DNA from: Candidatus Babeliales bacterium
GTDB lineage: Bacteria > Babelota > Babeliae > Babelales > JANWKD01
Assembly (NCBI GenBank): GCA_963762115.1
Contig: CAVXJH010000006.1
Span: 1 to 64,000 of the forward strand
Reading direction: 5' to 3'
DNA length: 64,000 bases
The notes below the pieces were generated by a model, which was given only the letters and a program-made list of their open reading frames with translations, did not search any database and was not told where the DNA came from. The position numbers were made by a program, and so were the translations under genes. This document shows positions 28,539 to 37,883 of this stretch, piece by piece (position 1 is the first letter of the stretch; each line of letters opens with the position of its first letter).

Positions 28539-29009
28539 TTATTTTTTACTTCCCCACCAATAACCTACCGCTCCTCCCACAGCAACAGATAAACCACACA
28601 CCCCTAACATGACGTTCATTGGATTCCTTTGAAAATAAGATTCTTTTCTTTTAATATCATCATGAACGGTACGAACAAAATTAGTATCTGAAGGTGATGC
28701 TATATGCTTTTTATGACTTTTGTCAGATTTTACCTGCAAGTGAGAAAGTGATGGAGTAAGAGAAATAACATGCAAAACATTCTCAAAAAAGTGAGGAAGC
28801 GCAATCGCTATATAGCGTTTTTTTTCTTCGTCAAACACAACCTTAAACTCTTGACTGGTACCACAAAAAAATGATGGCCCATAAGTTATACTTCCCAATC
28901 TTAGCTCAACATTAGGACCTTCTTGCTTAACTTCTGTCTCCATGCCGAATGTAAAAAAAGAGCTATTCAACAACATCCCTAACGCGAAGAAAAAAAATAT
29001 TTTTTTCAT
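28539..29009 (-). CDS. secreted protein with C-terminal TM tail (family member 5)
   Basis: TFG|MET; tail YFQRNPMNVMLGVCGLSVAVGGAVGYWWGSKK. Confidence 0.75.
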   Translation of the reverse strand: MKKIFFFFALGMLLNSSFFTFGMETEVKQEGPNVELRLGSITYGPSFFCGTSQEFKVVFDEEKKRYIAIALPHFFENVLHVISLTPSLSHLQVKSDKSHKKHIASPSDTNFVRTVHDDIKRKESYFQRNPMNVMLGVCGLSVAVGGAVGYWWGSKK

Positions 29010-29048
29010 AAAAAACCTTACTGATTTAAAAATAATACATACACTTAA

Positions 29049-29645
29049 TTAATTAAAAAGATGCTGTGCCCGCTGCAAAAAAAGCTTTAATCTTCGATAA
29101 TCATTCCCCGTTAATAATGAAAATGCCTCTAAAAACAATTCAATATGTTTTGGATGTAAACAATCCATATCACGCATCGTTTTCAAAAGGGCCAACAAAA
29201 GCTCATCTAAATTATGCACCTGGCCAGCAAGACCAAATAAAACATGCAAATAATGCTCACGAGCAAAAAATTCTTTACTCAATGTTGGACAAGCTGTTGC
29301 AACAAAAGTATGAATTTTGGGAGGCTCTGGCGCGCACTGATAAAAAATTTTCCCTTTTTCTTTATAGCCAATAACTAAACAAGAAAAAGTAGTCTTTAAA
29401 AATTCAAAAATTTGTGGTTGCTCTCGCAAAAGCTCTTCTTCTGTTTTTTGATAGGGAAATGGATAACGAACAGGATCCATAGAGCCAGTTTGAATCTGAT
29501 GCACAATACCAAAAAGAGTGTACTTTTTGCTTTCGATCGTCACCAATGAACCAAAAGTTGGAAAAGTATGCCATTCCCAGCTCTGCGCTAACCAACTAAC
29601 GAGTGAACTTTCTATAACTTCGGCAAAAGGTTTTTTTGAATTCAT
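29049..29645 (-). CDS. HAS-barrel-like domain protein
   Basis: AEVIESS, PTFGSLV, EEELLREQPQIFEFLKT, PEPPKIH, DYRRL resemble the stand-alone HAS-barrel family. Confidence 0.7.
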   Translation of the reverse strand: MNSKKPFAEVIESSLVSWLAQSWEWHTFPTFGSLVTIESKKYTLFGIVHQIQTGSMDPVRYPFPYQKTEEELLREQPQIFEFLKTTFSCLVIGYKEKGKIFYQCAPEPPKIHTFVATACPTLSKEFFAREHYLHVLFGLAGQVHNLDELLLALLKTMRDMDCLHPKHIELFLEAFSLLTGNDYRRLKLFLQRAQHLFN

Positions 29646-29744
29646 TTTAAAAAAAACAGTATGTTATATTTTTTTATACACAAGAACAATATACAAAAAC
29701 TATAACAGTTTTTTAAAAAAACTCATAAATAAGTAAATAACTAC

Positions 29745-30389
29745 TTATTTATTACGCCAATTATCCCACAAAGTCTTTAAACTCCAACCAGCACCCAAAC
29801 TAGCTACTGAAGTTAATCCACAACAAACAAAGGCTTGAGAACGAAAAAATGAAGGCTTGGGTTTAGCTATTTCTGCATCTATTTTTTCATTACTCTGTTT
29901 TTTTACTTCCGCCACTTCACCTACTAGTTCATAATTCAACTGTATTAGATTGCTTATTACTAAATTCTTTCGCTTTTTTATTGCCTTCACTGCAGGTTTT
30001 TGTATGCCACGAACATCTAAAGCAATACAACCTGCACCTGGAATCGAACTATCTGAATATACTATTTGAGGTATATAATTATCTATATTGTCTAAATCAA
30101 GTGGTACAACAGAAAGAACTTCTACGTCTGGCCGCTCTTCTTCTTCACCCGTAGTAAATTTATTCTTTAATCCCTGAACAAACTCTTCATCTTTTTTATA
30201 TTCATGACGAGCTATCGATACAAAAGCTAGCCGACGCATACTCACAGCTCCTTCAGAGGTTATCTCTTCTCTTGCTGTATAAGGCCTAACTGCACTATTA
30301 GTTTTACGAGACATTCGTACTGCATTAAGATCTAAACTTGCCATAAGCATTAACATGCCGAAACTTAAAAAAAATATTTTTTTCATCAT
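29745..30389 (-). CDS. secreted protein with C-terminal TM tail (family member 6)
   Basis: MKKIFF signal peptide; tail SFFRSQAFVCCGLTSVASLGAGWSLKTLWDNWRNK. Confidence 0.72.
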   Translation of the reverse strand: MMKKIFFLSFGMLMLMASLDLNAVRMSRKTNSAVRPYTAREEITSEGAVSMRRLAFVSIARHEYKKDEEFVQGLKNKFTTGEEEERPDVEVLSVVPLDLDNIDNYIPQIVYSDSSIPGAGCIALDVRGIQKPAVKAIKKRKNLVISNLIQLNYELVGEVAEVKKQSNEKIDAEIAKPKPSFFRSQAFVCCGLTSVASLGAGWSLKTLWDNWRNK

Positions 30390-30515
30390 AAAAAACCTTT
30401 ATATTTAAAATTAATATATTCATTTCATTAATTAAACAATACTGAAAAGAGCCACAGAAATCAAACAAAAATTAAATTTATATTCTGTTTTATTTTTTAT
30501 TTGAAATAAGATTCA

Positions 30516-31208
30516 TCAGAAAATTTCTTGTTGCTCATTAAAATCATCTTCTTGCTCACCGATTAGCCAAGCACCTTGTAAAAAGTTAATACGATGAATA
30601 ACCGAATGCCCTAAATCTTGCACCAAAGCACGATGCTTGGGTGTAGCATACCCTTTATGAGCAGCAAGCAAATAGCCGGGAATAGCGTTATCAAAATGAA
30701 TCATAAGACGATCGCGTGTTACTTTTGCAACAATGGAAGCAGCGGCAATTGAACTAGATTTTTTTTCACCAAAAGGGAAATAAAGAACATCAATATTGGA
30801 AAAAGGCGAGTTATCAAGCCTTAAAGGCATAGCATCAATCACCGTTTTTGATGGTAAAGGGCAACCTTGAGACATAAGCTGCATGAAAGCTCGTTTCATT
30901 GCCTTAAGCGTTGCTTGATAAATGTTATGCGTATCAATTGCACGATGATGCAAAGATGCTGTTGCATGCCAGCTATTTTTGAGAATCCAAGAATATGCCT
31001 TATCACGTTCCTCTTTGGTCATTATTTTTGAATCCTTAAGCAAACGATGGTTTTTACCCGGATGCAATATGACAGCAGCAACCACAACCGGTCCTGCCAA
31101 ACACCCACGACCAACTTCATCAATACCACAAATGAGCTTATTTTCTGCCCATGCAGTATGCTCAAAATGATTTTTATTAAAACGTTCTTTGTAGCGAATG
31201 GTTGTCAT
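30516..31208 (-). CDS. rnhB: ribonuclease HII (canonical bacterial type)
   Basis: GIDEVGRGCLAGPV, KDSK, IAAASIVAKVTRD, HKGYAT..H. Confidence 0.95.
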   Translation of the reverse strand: MTTIRYKERFNKNHFEHTAWAENKLICGIDEVGRGCLAGPVVVAAVILHPGKNHRLLKDSKIMTKEERDKAYSWILKNSWHATASLHHRAIDTHNIYQATLKAMKRAFMQLMSQGCPLPSKTVIDAMPLRLDNSPFSNIDVLYFPFGEKKSSSIAAASIVAKVTRDRLMIHFDNAIPGYLLAAHKGYATPKHRALVQDLGHSVIHRINFLQGAWLIGEQEDDFNEQQEIF

Positions 31209-31557
31209 GAAATATACAGTTCAAAAAAATAACTGATTTAAACAATAGCGAACAGCATAAAACAGTATACGATTATTTAACACAAAGTAAAAATTAATTC
31301 TGAATCTATTTCCATTAGTGCAACATATTTTACCAAGTGTTAAGTGCACTTAACAAATAGTTATACTAAACGCTAAATGACTTAACATTTGGTATTGAAT
31401 TCGAGAGGGAAAGGGTCTATTTTTAAGGAAAGTTGTCTTGCCAAACCTGCAAACAGGTTTTTTATACCCAAAGGATAGGCCTGATGACAAAAAAAATATT
31501 TTTATGTATAATAGTAATGTTATAAATAAAAATGGCATTTACGGAGGTTTTACTATT

Positions 31558-31914
31558 ATGAATTATCTTAAAAAAACACTTATTCTTTTTTTACTTCTGG
31601 GAAGCTCTTTGCCTTTTAATAGCATGAAAGCAAAATCCATTGAAGAAACAAAAAAAAGCCCTTTTACAAGACAATGCATACATAACAATCTAATACTGCC
31701 CAAAATAAAACGAATAGCACCCGAAATAACTTCAAGATTCGAAAGACAATATTACCTCCAAAAAATCACACCTTCCTCTACTAGAATTTTGCAGATTTTT
31801 TTCGAACAAAAACAATTAAAAAATCTTGATTTTAAATATATTTCGTCATATTTCAAAAATTTTAAATCACCAACAAAAGTCGCCTATTCGCAACAAACAC
31901 AACATAAATCATAA
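31558..31914 (+). CDS. hypothetical secreted basic protein
   Basis: GGAGG RBS; MNYLKKTLILFLLLGSS signal peptide. Confidence 0.6.
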   Translation: MNYLKKTLILFLLLGSSLPFNSMKAKSIEETKKSPFTRQCIHNNLILPKIKRIAPEITSRFERQYYLQKITPSSTRILQIFFEQKQLKNLDFKYISSYFKNFKSPTKVAYSQQTQHKS

Positions 31915-31941
31915 ATTGGCCCGCTATCGGACTTGTATTTA

Positions 31942-32184
31942 TAGACTGGATCCTCAACGGCTATCGCCTCAGGATGGCATTTCTTTTTTGGATGTTATTT
32001 GTGTTGAGAGAAATTTATAAATATTATTCCGGTAGCGAGACGGGTACCCGGAATTTTGATGCTGAAGGCATCAATAATGGAGTGGTCCGCATTCGAGCGA
32101 GAGGTTAGATCCAACGGAACGTTGGGGCCCTTGTATCAAATGTATTGGGCAAACAATACATTTGTGTCTGGCCGACATGAGGCC
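31942..32184. repeat. ~240-bp structured noncoding element, copy B (inverted relative to copy A)
   Basis: Reverse complement aligns with 27567-27806 with scattered substitutions. Confidence 0.92.
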
Positions 32185-32234
32185 TTAGTAATAAAAATCA
32201 TAAAAAAGTGAAACAATTTTCTTGTTTAAACGAG

Positions 32235-33245
32235 CTATTTTATAAAATCCTTTTCTTTGATCGCCAAAGGATCTTCAAATGCCCTTGGATCACCCTTTGC
32301 TTTCAGCAGCTTTATTCGTTCCTTAAGTCGCTTAATACGAACAGTTGGATGAGGATGAGAATGCGCTCGAGAATCCTTGTCATAAAATTTTGTATGTAAA
32401 AGATAGTGATCTTTTAAACGATTTTTAAATGCTTTTAAAAGATGAATGTTATCCGCTATGGCAGAATCTGCCCTTGATTCTCTATATTGTGAATACCGAA
32501 ATGCTCCTTCTCGAGCAACAGACTCAGGCCCTACGATCGTTGTAAAAAAAATAAAAATTGGCCAAGAAACTTTTTTGCATTTCAATAATAAAGCGAATGG
32601 GCTCAACATAACCCCAACTGCTAATCCATAGTATAATTCTTTTTCATATATAAAATTTCCGTTATCATACCATAAATGATAACGATCACCATTAAGAATA
32701 TGTCCTCCCTCATGATGTACTACCGCTGCAGCCTGTTTTAAATACTCATCAGTTGATTTTTTAATTGACTGCTCCTGTTCGTCACCATAGAAAAATGTCT
32801 TTATTTTTGAAAAAAACGACGGAACATATTTTTGACGCACAAGACATTCTTTAAGGCGATCATGTTCTGCCACTGATATAATTTTTTTTCCTTCTTGAGC
32901 TGAACCACCCCAACGCCGTGCCTTTATAATGTGTAAAGATTCCTGATCTTTAAGGCCACATGCAGCTAATTGTTGCCGAATAAATTGTTCAACAAGAGGG
33001 TCAACTTCTATAACAGAATCTAAAACTGGTTTTTGCTCAAAAAGATCTTCCTTATTAGATAAAAATCCCGCTAAGGCAATGCCTGTACCCACGCCTGCCA
33101 CGATTCGCCCCCAGGATTGAATTCGGGCCATCTTTGACCCTACAACAATCTGCTTTAAGTGATTAGTGCTATGCTGCATCCCTAGAATGGAGCCTGATAG
33201 GTGAAATATACTATAAATCGTTATTATAAAATAATGTTTAAACAT
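32235..33245 (-). CDS. secreted M48-family metallopeptidase (paralog of 34776-35816)
   Basis: HHEGGH, ESRAD, HSHP; shares VDP.VEQF.R.QL and AFEDPLA.KE with the paralog. Confidence 0.8.
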   Translation of the reverse strand: MFKHYFIITIYSIFHLSGSILGMQHSTNHLKQIVVGSKMARIQSWGRIVAGVGTGIALAGFLSNKEDLFEQKPVLDSVIEVDPLVEQFIRQQLAACGLKDQESLHIIKARRWGGSAQEGKKIISVAEHDRLKECLVRQKYVPSFFSKIKTFFYGDEQEQSIKKSTDEYLKQAAAVVHHEGGHILNGDRYHLWYDNGNFIYEKELYYGLAVGVMLSPFALLLKCKKVSWPIFIFFTTIVGPESVAREGAFRYSQYRESRADSAIADNIHLLKAFKNRLKDHYLLHTKFYDKDSRAHSHPHPTVRIKRLKERIKLLKAKGDPRAFEDPLAIKEKDFIK

Positions 33246-33399
33246 AATGCATCTTGTATGAGTTTAAATAAAAATCGCTAACACTCTATTGTTTTGTGAA
33301 AAAATAGTATTGTCAAATTGCAACTTCATCAAGATTCCAGACTCATAGCGCGCTACCAAAATATTTTATAACTATTTTTATTTTTGTTGATCAAAAAAC

Positions 33400-33464
33400 T
33401 TGCAAATATATAGTCAAATATCCTATATTAAGTCCAAAGGTAAGACAAATCCTTACCTTTGGAC
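33400..33464 (+). promoter_or_regulatory. abiE promoter with inverted-repeat operator
   Basis: TTGCAA-N18-TATATT followed by a perfect 13-bp IR GTCCAAAGGTAAG-N7-CTTACCTTTGGAC. Confidence 0.65.
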
Positions 33465-33485
33465 CATATAATGAATAGAAGGCTC

Positions 33486-34094
33486 ATGGAAAAAAAGATT
33501 GTAAAAGGTTTTATAAAAGATTTATTCAAATCATCAAAGACTGTTTTTTCGTTTAAAGATCTTTGTCTTTTATGGGGAAATGCTGATCCTAAAACCATAA
33601 AATCACGCATAAATTACTATGTAAAACATGGGGATCTCTATCATATTCGTCGTGGTTATTATGCCAAGGATAAAAATTATGATCGCCTTGAATTCGCTAC
33701 CAAAATTTTCACTCCTGCCTATATAAGCTTTGAAACAGTTCTTGCACAAGCAGGTATTATTTTTCAATATTACCATGAAATTTTTGTGGCTTCATATAAG
33801 TCAAAAAGTATCATCTGCGATAACCAAATCTATACTTTTAAATCTATTAAATCAGTGATTCTCACCAATTCTGCCGGCATTGAAATTAAAGAACATTATT
33901 CTATTGCCTCCCCGGAAAGAGCTTTTTTAGACATTATTTATTTGAACACTAGTTATCATTTCGATAACCTTTCTCCCTTGAATTGGCACAAAGTATATGA
34001 AATTTTGCCTATTTATGAGAATAATAAACGAATGAAAAAAATGGTCGAAATGTATCATAATTTCTATAAATCTGAATTAGGAGAAAAAGTATGA
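33486..34094 (+). CDS. type IV toxin-antitoxin antitoxin, AbiEi family
   Basis: wHTH (HIRRGYY), PAYISFETVL, ASPERAFLD; 4-bp overlap with the downstream toxin gene. Confidence 0.88.
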   Translation: MEKKIVKGFIKDLFKSSKTVFSFKDLCLLWGNADPKTIKSRINYYVKHGDLYHIRRGYYAKDKNYDRLEFATKIFTPAYISFETVLAQAGIIFQYYHEIFVASYKSKSIICDNQIYTFKSIKSVILTNSAGIEIKEHYSIASPERAFLDIIYLNTSYHFDNLSPLNWHKVYEILPIYENNKRMKKMVEMYHNFYKSELGEKV

Positions 34095-34783
34095 CTATTG
34101 ATAATGCTCAACATAAAAATATCCTTATCAGAATACTCAAAGATATTTTCACCAATCCTAGCTTGGGTCCAACATTAGGCTTCAAAGGTGGAACAGCTGC
34201 CATGTTATTTTATGGTTTAAATCGCTTTTCTGTTGATTTAGATTTTGATCTTTTGGACATAACCAAAGAAGATCATATCATTAATGAACTTAAAAAAATC
34301 TTAGAAAAATATGGCACAATAAAAGAAGCCAACAAAAAAAGATATACCATTTTTTTCTTACTTTCTTATGATCAAAAAGTAAAAAATGGCCAGAATATTA
34401 AAGTTGAAATCAATAAAAGAAATTTTGGATCAAAATATGACATCAAAGAATATCTTGGGATATCGATGAAAATAATGACACGCGAAGATATGGCCGCCCA
34501 TAAACTTGTTGCCATGCATGAAAGAATTGGAAAAACAAATCGCGATATTTTTGATGTTTATTACTTTTTAAGCAATAATTGGCCAATCAATAAACTCATC
34601 GTTGAACAAAGAACTAGCATGAAATATCAAGATTTTTTGCAAATTTGTATTTATGAACTAGAGGAAATGAGCAATCAAAATATTCTTTCAGGTATTGGTG
34701 AACTTTTAGATGAAAAGCAAAAGGCATGGGCAAAAACAAACCTTAAAAAAGAAACTATTTTTTTGCTTAAACTAGCTATTTAA
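34091..34783 (+). CDS. type IV toxin-antitoxin nucleotidyltransferase toxin, AbiEii family
   Basis: FKGGTA, RFSVDLDF, KVEIN, AHKL...RDIFD. Confidence 0.92.
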   Translation: MTIDNAQHKNILIRILKDIFTNPSLGPTLGFKGGTAAMLFYGLNRFSVDLDFDLLDITKEDHIINELKKILEKYGTIKEANKKRYTIFFLLSYDQKVKNGQNIKVEINKRNFGSKYDIKEYLGISMKIMTREDMAAHKLVAMHERIGKTNRDIFDVYYFLSNNWPINKLIVEQRTSMKYQDFLQICIYELEEMSNQNILSGIGELLDEKQKAWAKTNLKKETIFLLKLAI

Positions 34784-35816
34784 TCTGCCCATCTTCTTTA
34801 GCCGCCAAAGGATCTTCAAATGCTTTTGGATTACTCTTTTCTTTAAGCGCTTTTATGCGTTTTTTAACACGTTTAATTTCTACTTTATGGTGAGGATGAG
34901 TATCGAAAGCACGATGCAATAATTTTTCATAACCAACATCATGCACTTGATTTACGATCAACGTTGTTTTGAAATATCTTTTTGCAGCACTTAAAATTTC
35001 AATGTTGTCTTGTATATTGTCATCTGCCTGTTGTTCAATAAATCGGGAATAGGCAGAAAATCCTAATCCATTCAGACAGCCTTTGAATAGTCCATCCGGA
35101 ATTTTAATAGCTTGTTTAATCCAATAATTATTAAATCTAAGAAACTTTTTTTTAAAACCAAAACTCAAAAGCTCAGTTGCCAAAAGAGTGGCTAATCCTG
35201 CCATTGTCCGTCTATTTCTATCGTGATTAATAATATGCCCAGCTTCATGATGCAATATACCAGCGACTTCATTAAGATATTCTTCACAATCCATTGTTAC
35301 ATTACATTTTTTAAAGTTTAGCGTTATAGTACTCTTCAAAAAATCCTCTAAATTTGAAGACTTAATTTCCAATACATGCTTAAGATCATCTTGCTGAGAC
35401 ACAAAAATCCATTGATAATTATTGGTTGTTATTGCAGCCCACCTATTGGTGAACTTTCCGGCCCAATTTCCGGTTTGTTTAATTTTTAATGAATCTTGAT
35501 TAGTAAGCCCAGCCAATTTTAATTGTTCCCGTGCAAATTGCTCTACAATTGGATCAACATCAGGCGCCTTCTCAAATTCCGATTCACTTGTGGCTAAAAC
35601 CTTAATCCCCTCAGAAAATGGATATAAAGCAAACCCATAATTCGCCAAGGTACATCCCCCGGCAAAGCCAGTGGCGACTGCCGTCTTCCAACCAAAATTT
35701 TGTTTGCATTGTTGATAGCGTTTTTTAAAGGCACCCATAGCATGTACTTTTTCAGGCATGCATAATAATGCCACCATGCTCAACACAAAAAACATACTAA
35801 ATTTTTTTCTTACCAT
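34776..35816 (-). CDS. secreted M48-family metallopeptidase
   Basis: VHA|MGA; HHEAGH, EQQAD, DTHP. Confidence 0.8.
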   Translation of the reverse strand: MVRKKFSMFFVLSMVALLCMPEKVHAMGAFKKRYQQCKQNFGWKTAVATGFAGGCTLANYGFALYPFSEGIKVLATSESEFEKAPDVDPIVEQFAREQLKLAGLTNQDSLKIKQTGNWAGKFTNRWAAITTNNYQWIFVSQQDDLKHVLEIKSSNLEDFLKSTITLNFKKCNVTMDCEEYLNEVAGILHHEAGHIINHDRNRRTMAGLATLLATELLSFGFKKKFLRFNNYWIKQAIKIPDGLFKGCLNGLGFSAYSRFIEQQADDNIQDNIEILSAAKRYFKTTLIVNQVHDVGYEKLLHRAFDTHPHHKVEIKRVKKRIKALKEKSNPKAFEDPLAAKEDGQIK

Positions 35817-36014
35817 AATTCCCCTAATTGTTTCTATTTTGCTTAATTTTATCATAAGATTAGTATTTCATAAATCAATTAAATTGTCAAAATGAAAATA
35901 AACAGAGGTGGCAAGGCCAATTTTTTGTACTCTTTAGCCTGTTTTTAATGCGACAGGGCCCTAAACGAGCGGATTAGATGAAATTTATTGAATTTACCGG
36001 CGAAATGTTTCCAT

Positions 36015-36042
36015 TTGACAAGAATAAAAAACCCAGTACAAT
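36015..36042 (+). promoter_or_regulatory. sigma70-like promoter
   Basis: TTGACA-N16-TACAAT upstream of the XRE regulator. Confidence 0.55.
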
Positions 36043-36110
36043 TAGAAATAATACAGTGTTATAACCATACTATCACATTTCTATCTAACATTACAAAGGA
36101 GTTTGAAACC

Positions 36111-36785
36111 ATGTCATCAATGACAGAATTAAGAGTTAAAGAGCTTTTACGAGAAAAAGGCTGGACAACAAAGATTTTAGCTGAAAAAACAGGTATGTCC
36201 GAGAGTTATTTGACTCACATAAAAAATGGTACCCGTCGTTGGAATGAAGATTCCTTACGTAAATTAGCAAATGCCTTTGAAATTAGCCCTATTGATTTAT
36301 TTGCGCAACGCCGTAAACGTACTGATAACATTGATAGCAATGTAAGCATGCCAGAAAAATCAGAAGTTGATTTGAAAGTACAAATTATCCCCGTTGTTGG
36401 CGAAATTCCTTCAAACCCATCACCATACAACAACCAATTAATGCAAATTACCAGCGGTCACAAAGATGAATTTATTCCTGTGTTGAATACAACCGATGCA
36501 GCTATGTTCGCTTTGGGAATTGACAATAACTTAATGTCACCAACCTTTATTAAAGGTGATATCGTTATTATTTCTCCTGAAGTATGGACCCGCTCTGGTG
36601 ATATTGCTGCTGTTGAATATGGCAATGATGCTCCGGTAAAAGCAATTATGCAAATAACCTACACAGAAGATTTTATTGTTTTAGAAGCAGTAAATCACAA
36701 AAGTCCGCCAATCGCTTTGGTTCGCGGTAAAGATCATTTCAGAATTATTGGTCGCGTTATTCAACGCCATCAACGTTTTGTATAA
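36111..36785 (+). CDS. XRE-family HTH plus S24/LexA-like C-terminal domain transcriptional regulator
   Basis: LAEKTGMSESYLTHIKNG HTH; IPVVGEI, MSPTFIKGDIVII, IIGRVI. AAAGGAG RBS. Confidence 0.88.
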   Translation: MSSMTELRVKELLREKGWTTKILAEKTGMSESYLTHIKNGTRRWNEDSLRKLANAFEISPIDLFAQRRKRTDNIDSNVSMPEKSEVDLKVQIIPVVGEIPSNPSPYNNQLMQITSGHKDEFIPVLNTTDAAMFALGIDNNLMSPTFIKGDIVIISPEVWTRSGDIAAVEYGNDAPVKAIMQITYTEDFIVLEAVNHKSPPIALVRGKDHFRIIGRVIQRHQRFV

Positions 36786-36811
36786 TCTGTATCATTTGAA
36801 TTAAATTTAAA

Positions 36812-36857
36812 AAATGTACCAGAAAAGCTATTCTTTTTTAGCTTTTCTGGTACATTT
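36812..36857. terminator. 19-bp perfect inverted repeat after the regulator gene
   Basis: AAATGTACCAGAAAAGCTA-N8-TAGCTTTTCTGGTACATTT. Confidence 0.65.
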
Positions 36858-36971
36858 GATATTGTCGACGTTAGTGCTCGCTTGTACTAAATAAAACACG
36901 TTATTGTCATTGTTTTATAGTGTTTTTTTAAACACTTCCAGTTAGTAGTTCTTATAAAGGGCATAAGTATT

Positions 36972-37454
36972 ATGGTACGTTACGAAACGTTAATGCTAGC
37001 TATTCCTGAGATTACCAAAGATGAAATGTCATCATTGGAAACTCAAGTTAGCCAAGTTATCAAAAAATCAAAGGGATCATTAATCTCTTTTGAACGATGG
37101 GGAAAATACCGTTTGGCATATCCTATCAGAAAAAATGATTATGGTGTTTACTTCTTGACTCGCTTTGAAGTTAACAGTGCTGAAGCAAAAGCATTAGTTA
37201 AAGACATCGACGAGCTTTTTGCTTTTAAAAAAGCTGATGTTATTATGCGCAGCATGACCACTCATTTAGAGCCAAACCAATCATTGGCATACCAAAAACC
37301 TGAATCATTAGAAGATAGTCCTTCACGCGATGTTGATTCATTCTTACGTGAAAATAAGATGGAAGGTTTGTTGTCGAGGGAACATGGTTCATCAGCCCAA
37401 GCTTCAAACGATGAAGAAGATATGGATCATCATGATACGCAAGATCAAGATTAA
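36972..37454 (+). CDS. rpsF: 30S ribosomal protein S6
   Basis: YETL, WGKYRLAYPI.K...G.Y; acidic tail. Confidence 0.95.
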   Translation: MVRYETLMLAIPEITKDEMSSLETQVSQVIKKSKGSLISFERWGKYRLAYPIRKNDYGVYFLTRFEVNSAEAKALVKDIDELFAFKKADVIMRSMTTHLEPNQSLAYQKPESLEDSPSRDVDSFLRENKMEGLLSREHGSSAQASNDEEDMDHHDTQDQD

Positions 37455-37468
37455 GTTAGGATTTAGGT

Positions 37469-37762
37469 ATGTCTAAAAAAGTTGCAAAATTAAGAATCAG
37501 TTCACGTTTACTGAAAAAAAAGAGTCGCCGCAGAAGTTCTTTAAGCGCCCCTAAACAATGCCGTTTTTGTGGTAGCAAAGATCAATTAAGCGCTCTTGAT
37601 TATAAAAACGTTTCAATGTTAAAAAGCTTCTTGACTGAACGAGGAAAAATTCTTCCTTCTCGCATCTCAGGTACCTGCAATCGTCATCAACGAATTGTTT
37701 CTCATATGATTAAAAAATCAAGAGTTATGGCGTTGATTCCGTATTGCTCACCAAGCATGTAA
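37469..37762 (+). CDS. rpsR: 30S ribosomal protein S18 (zinc-binding type)
   Basis: CRFC, DYKN, ERGKILPSRISGTC..HQR. Confidence 0.96.
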   Translation: MSKKVAKLRISSRLLKKKSRRRSSLSAPKQCRFCGSKDQLSALDYKNVSMLKSFLTERGKILPSRISGTCNRHQRIVSHMIKKSRVMALIPYCSPSM

Positions 37763-37883
37763 CAAGTAACCAAAATAGTTTTAAGATGAATACTTATATA
37801 GGTTAAATCATAGTAAGTTTCGTCTTAAAACTATTTTTTGATAGAACTAAATTGGGTATAAAAAAGTGGCTTTTTACAAAGAA

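Noticed and set aside
36111..36785. Prophage repressor marking a prophage
   Set aside because: No integrase, structural or replication genes nearby; the neighbours are rpsF/rpsR and a peptidase.
36972..37762. Absence of ssb between rpsF and rpsR
   Set aside because: Common arrangement in many lineages.
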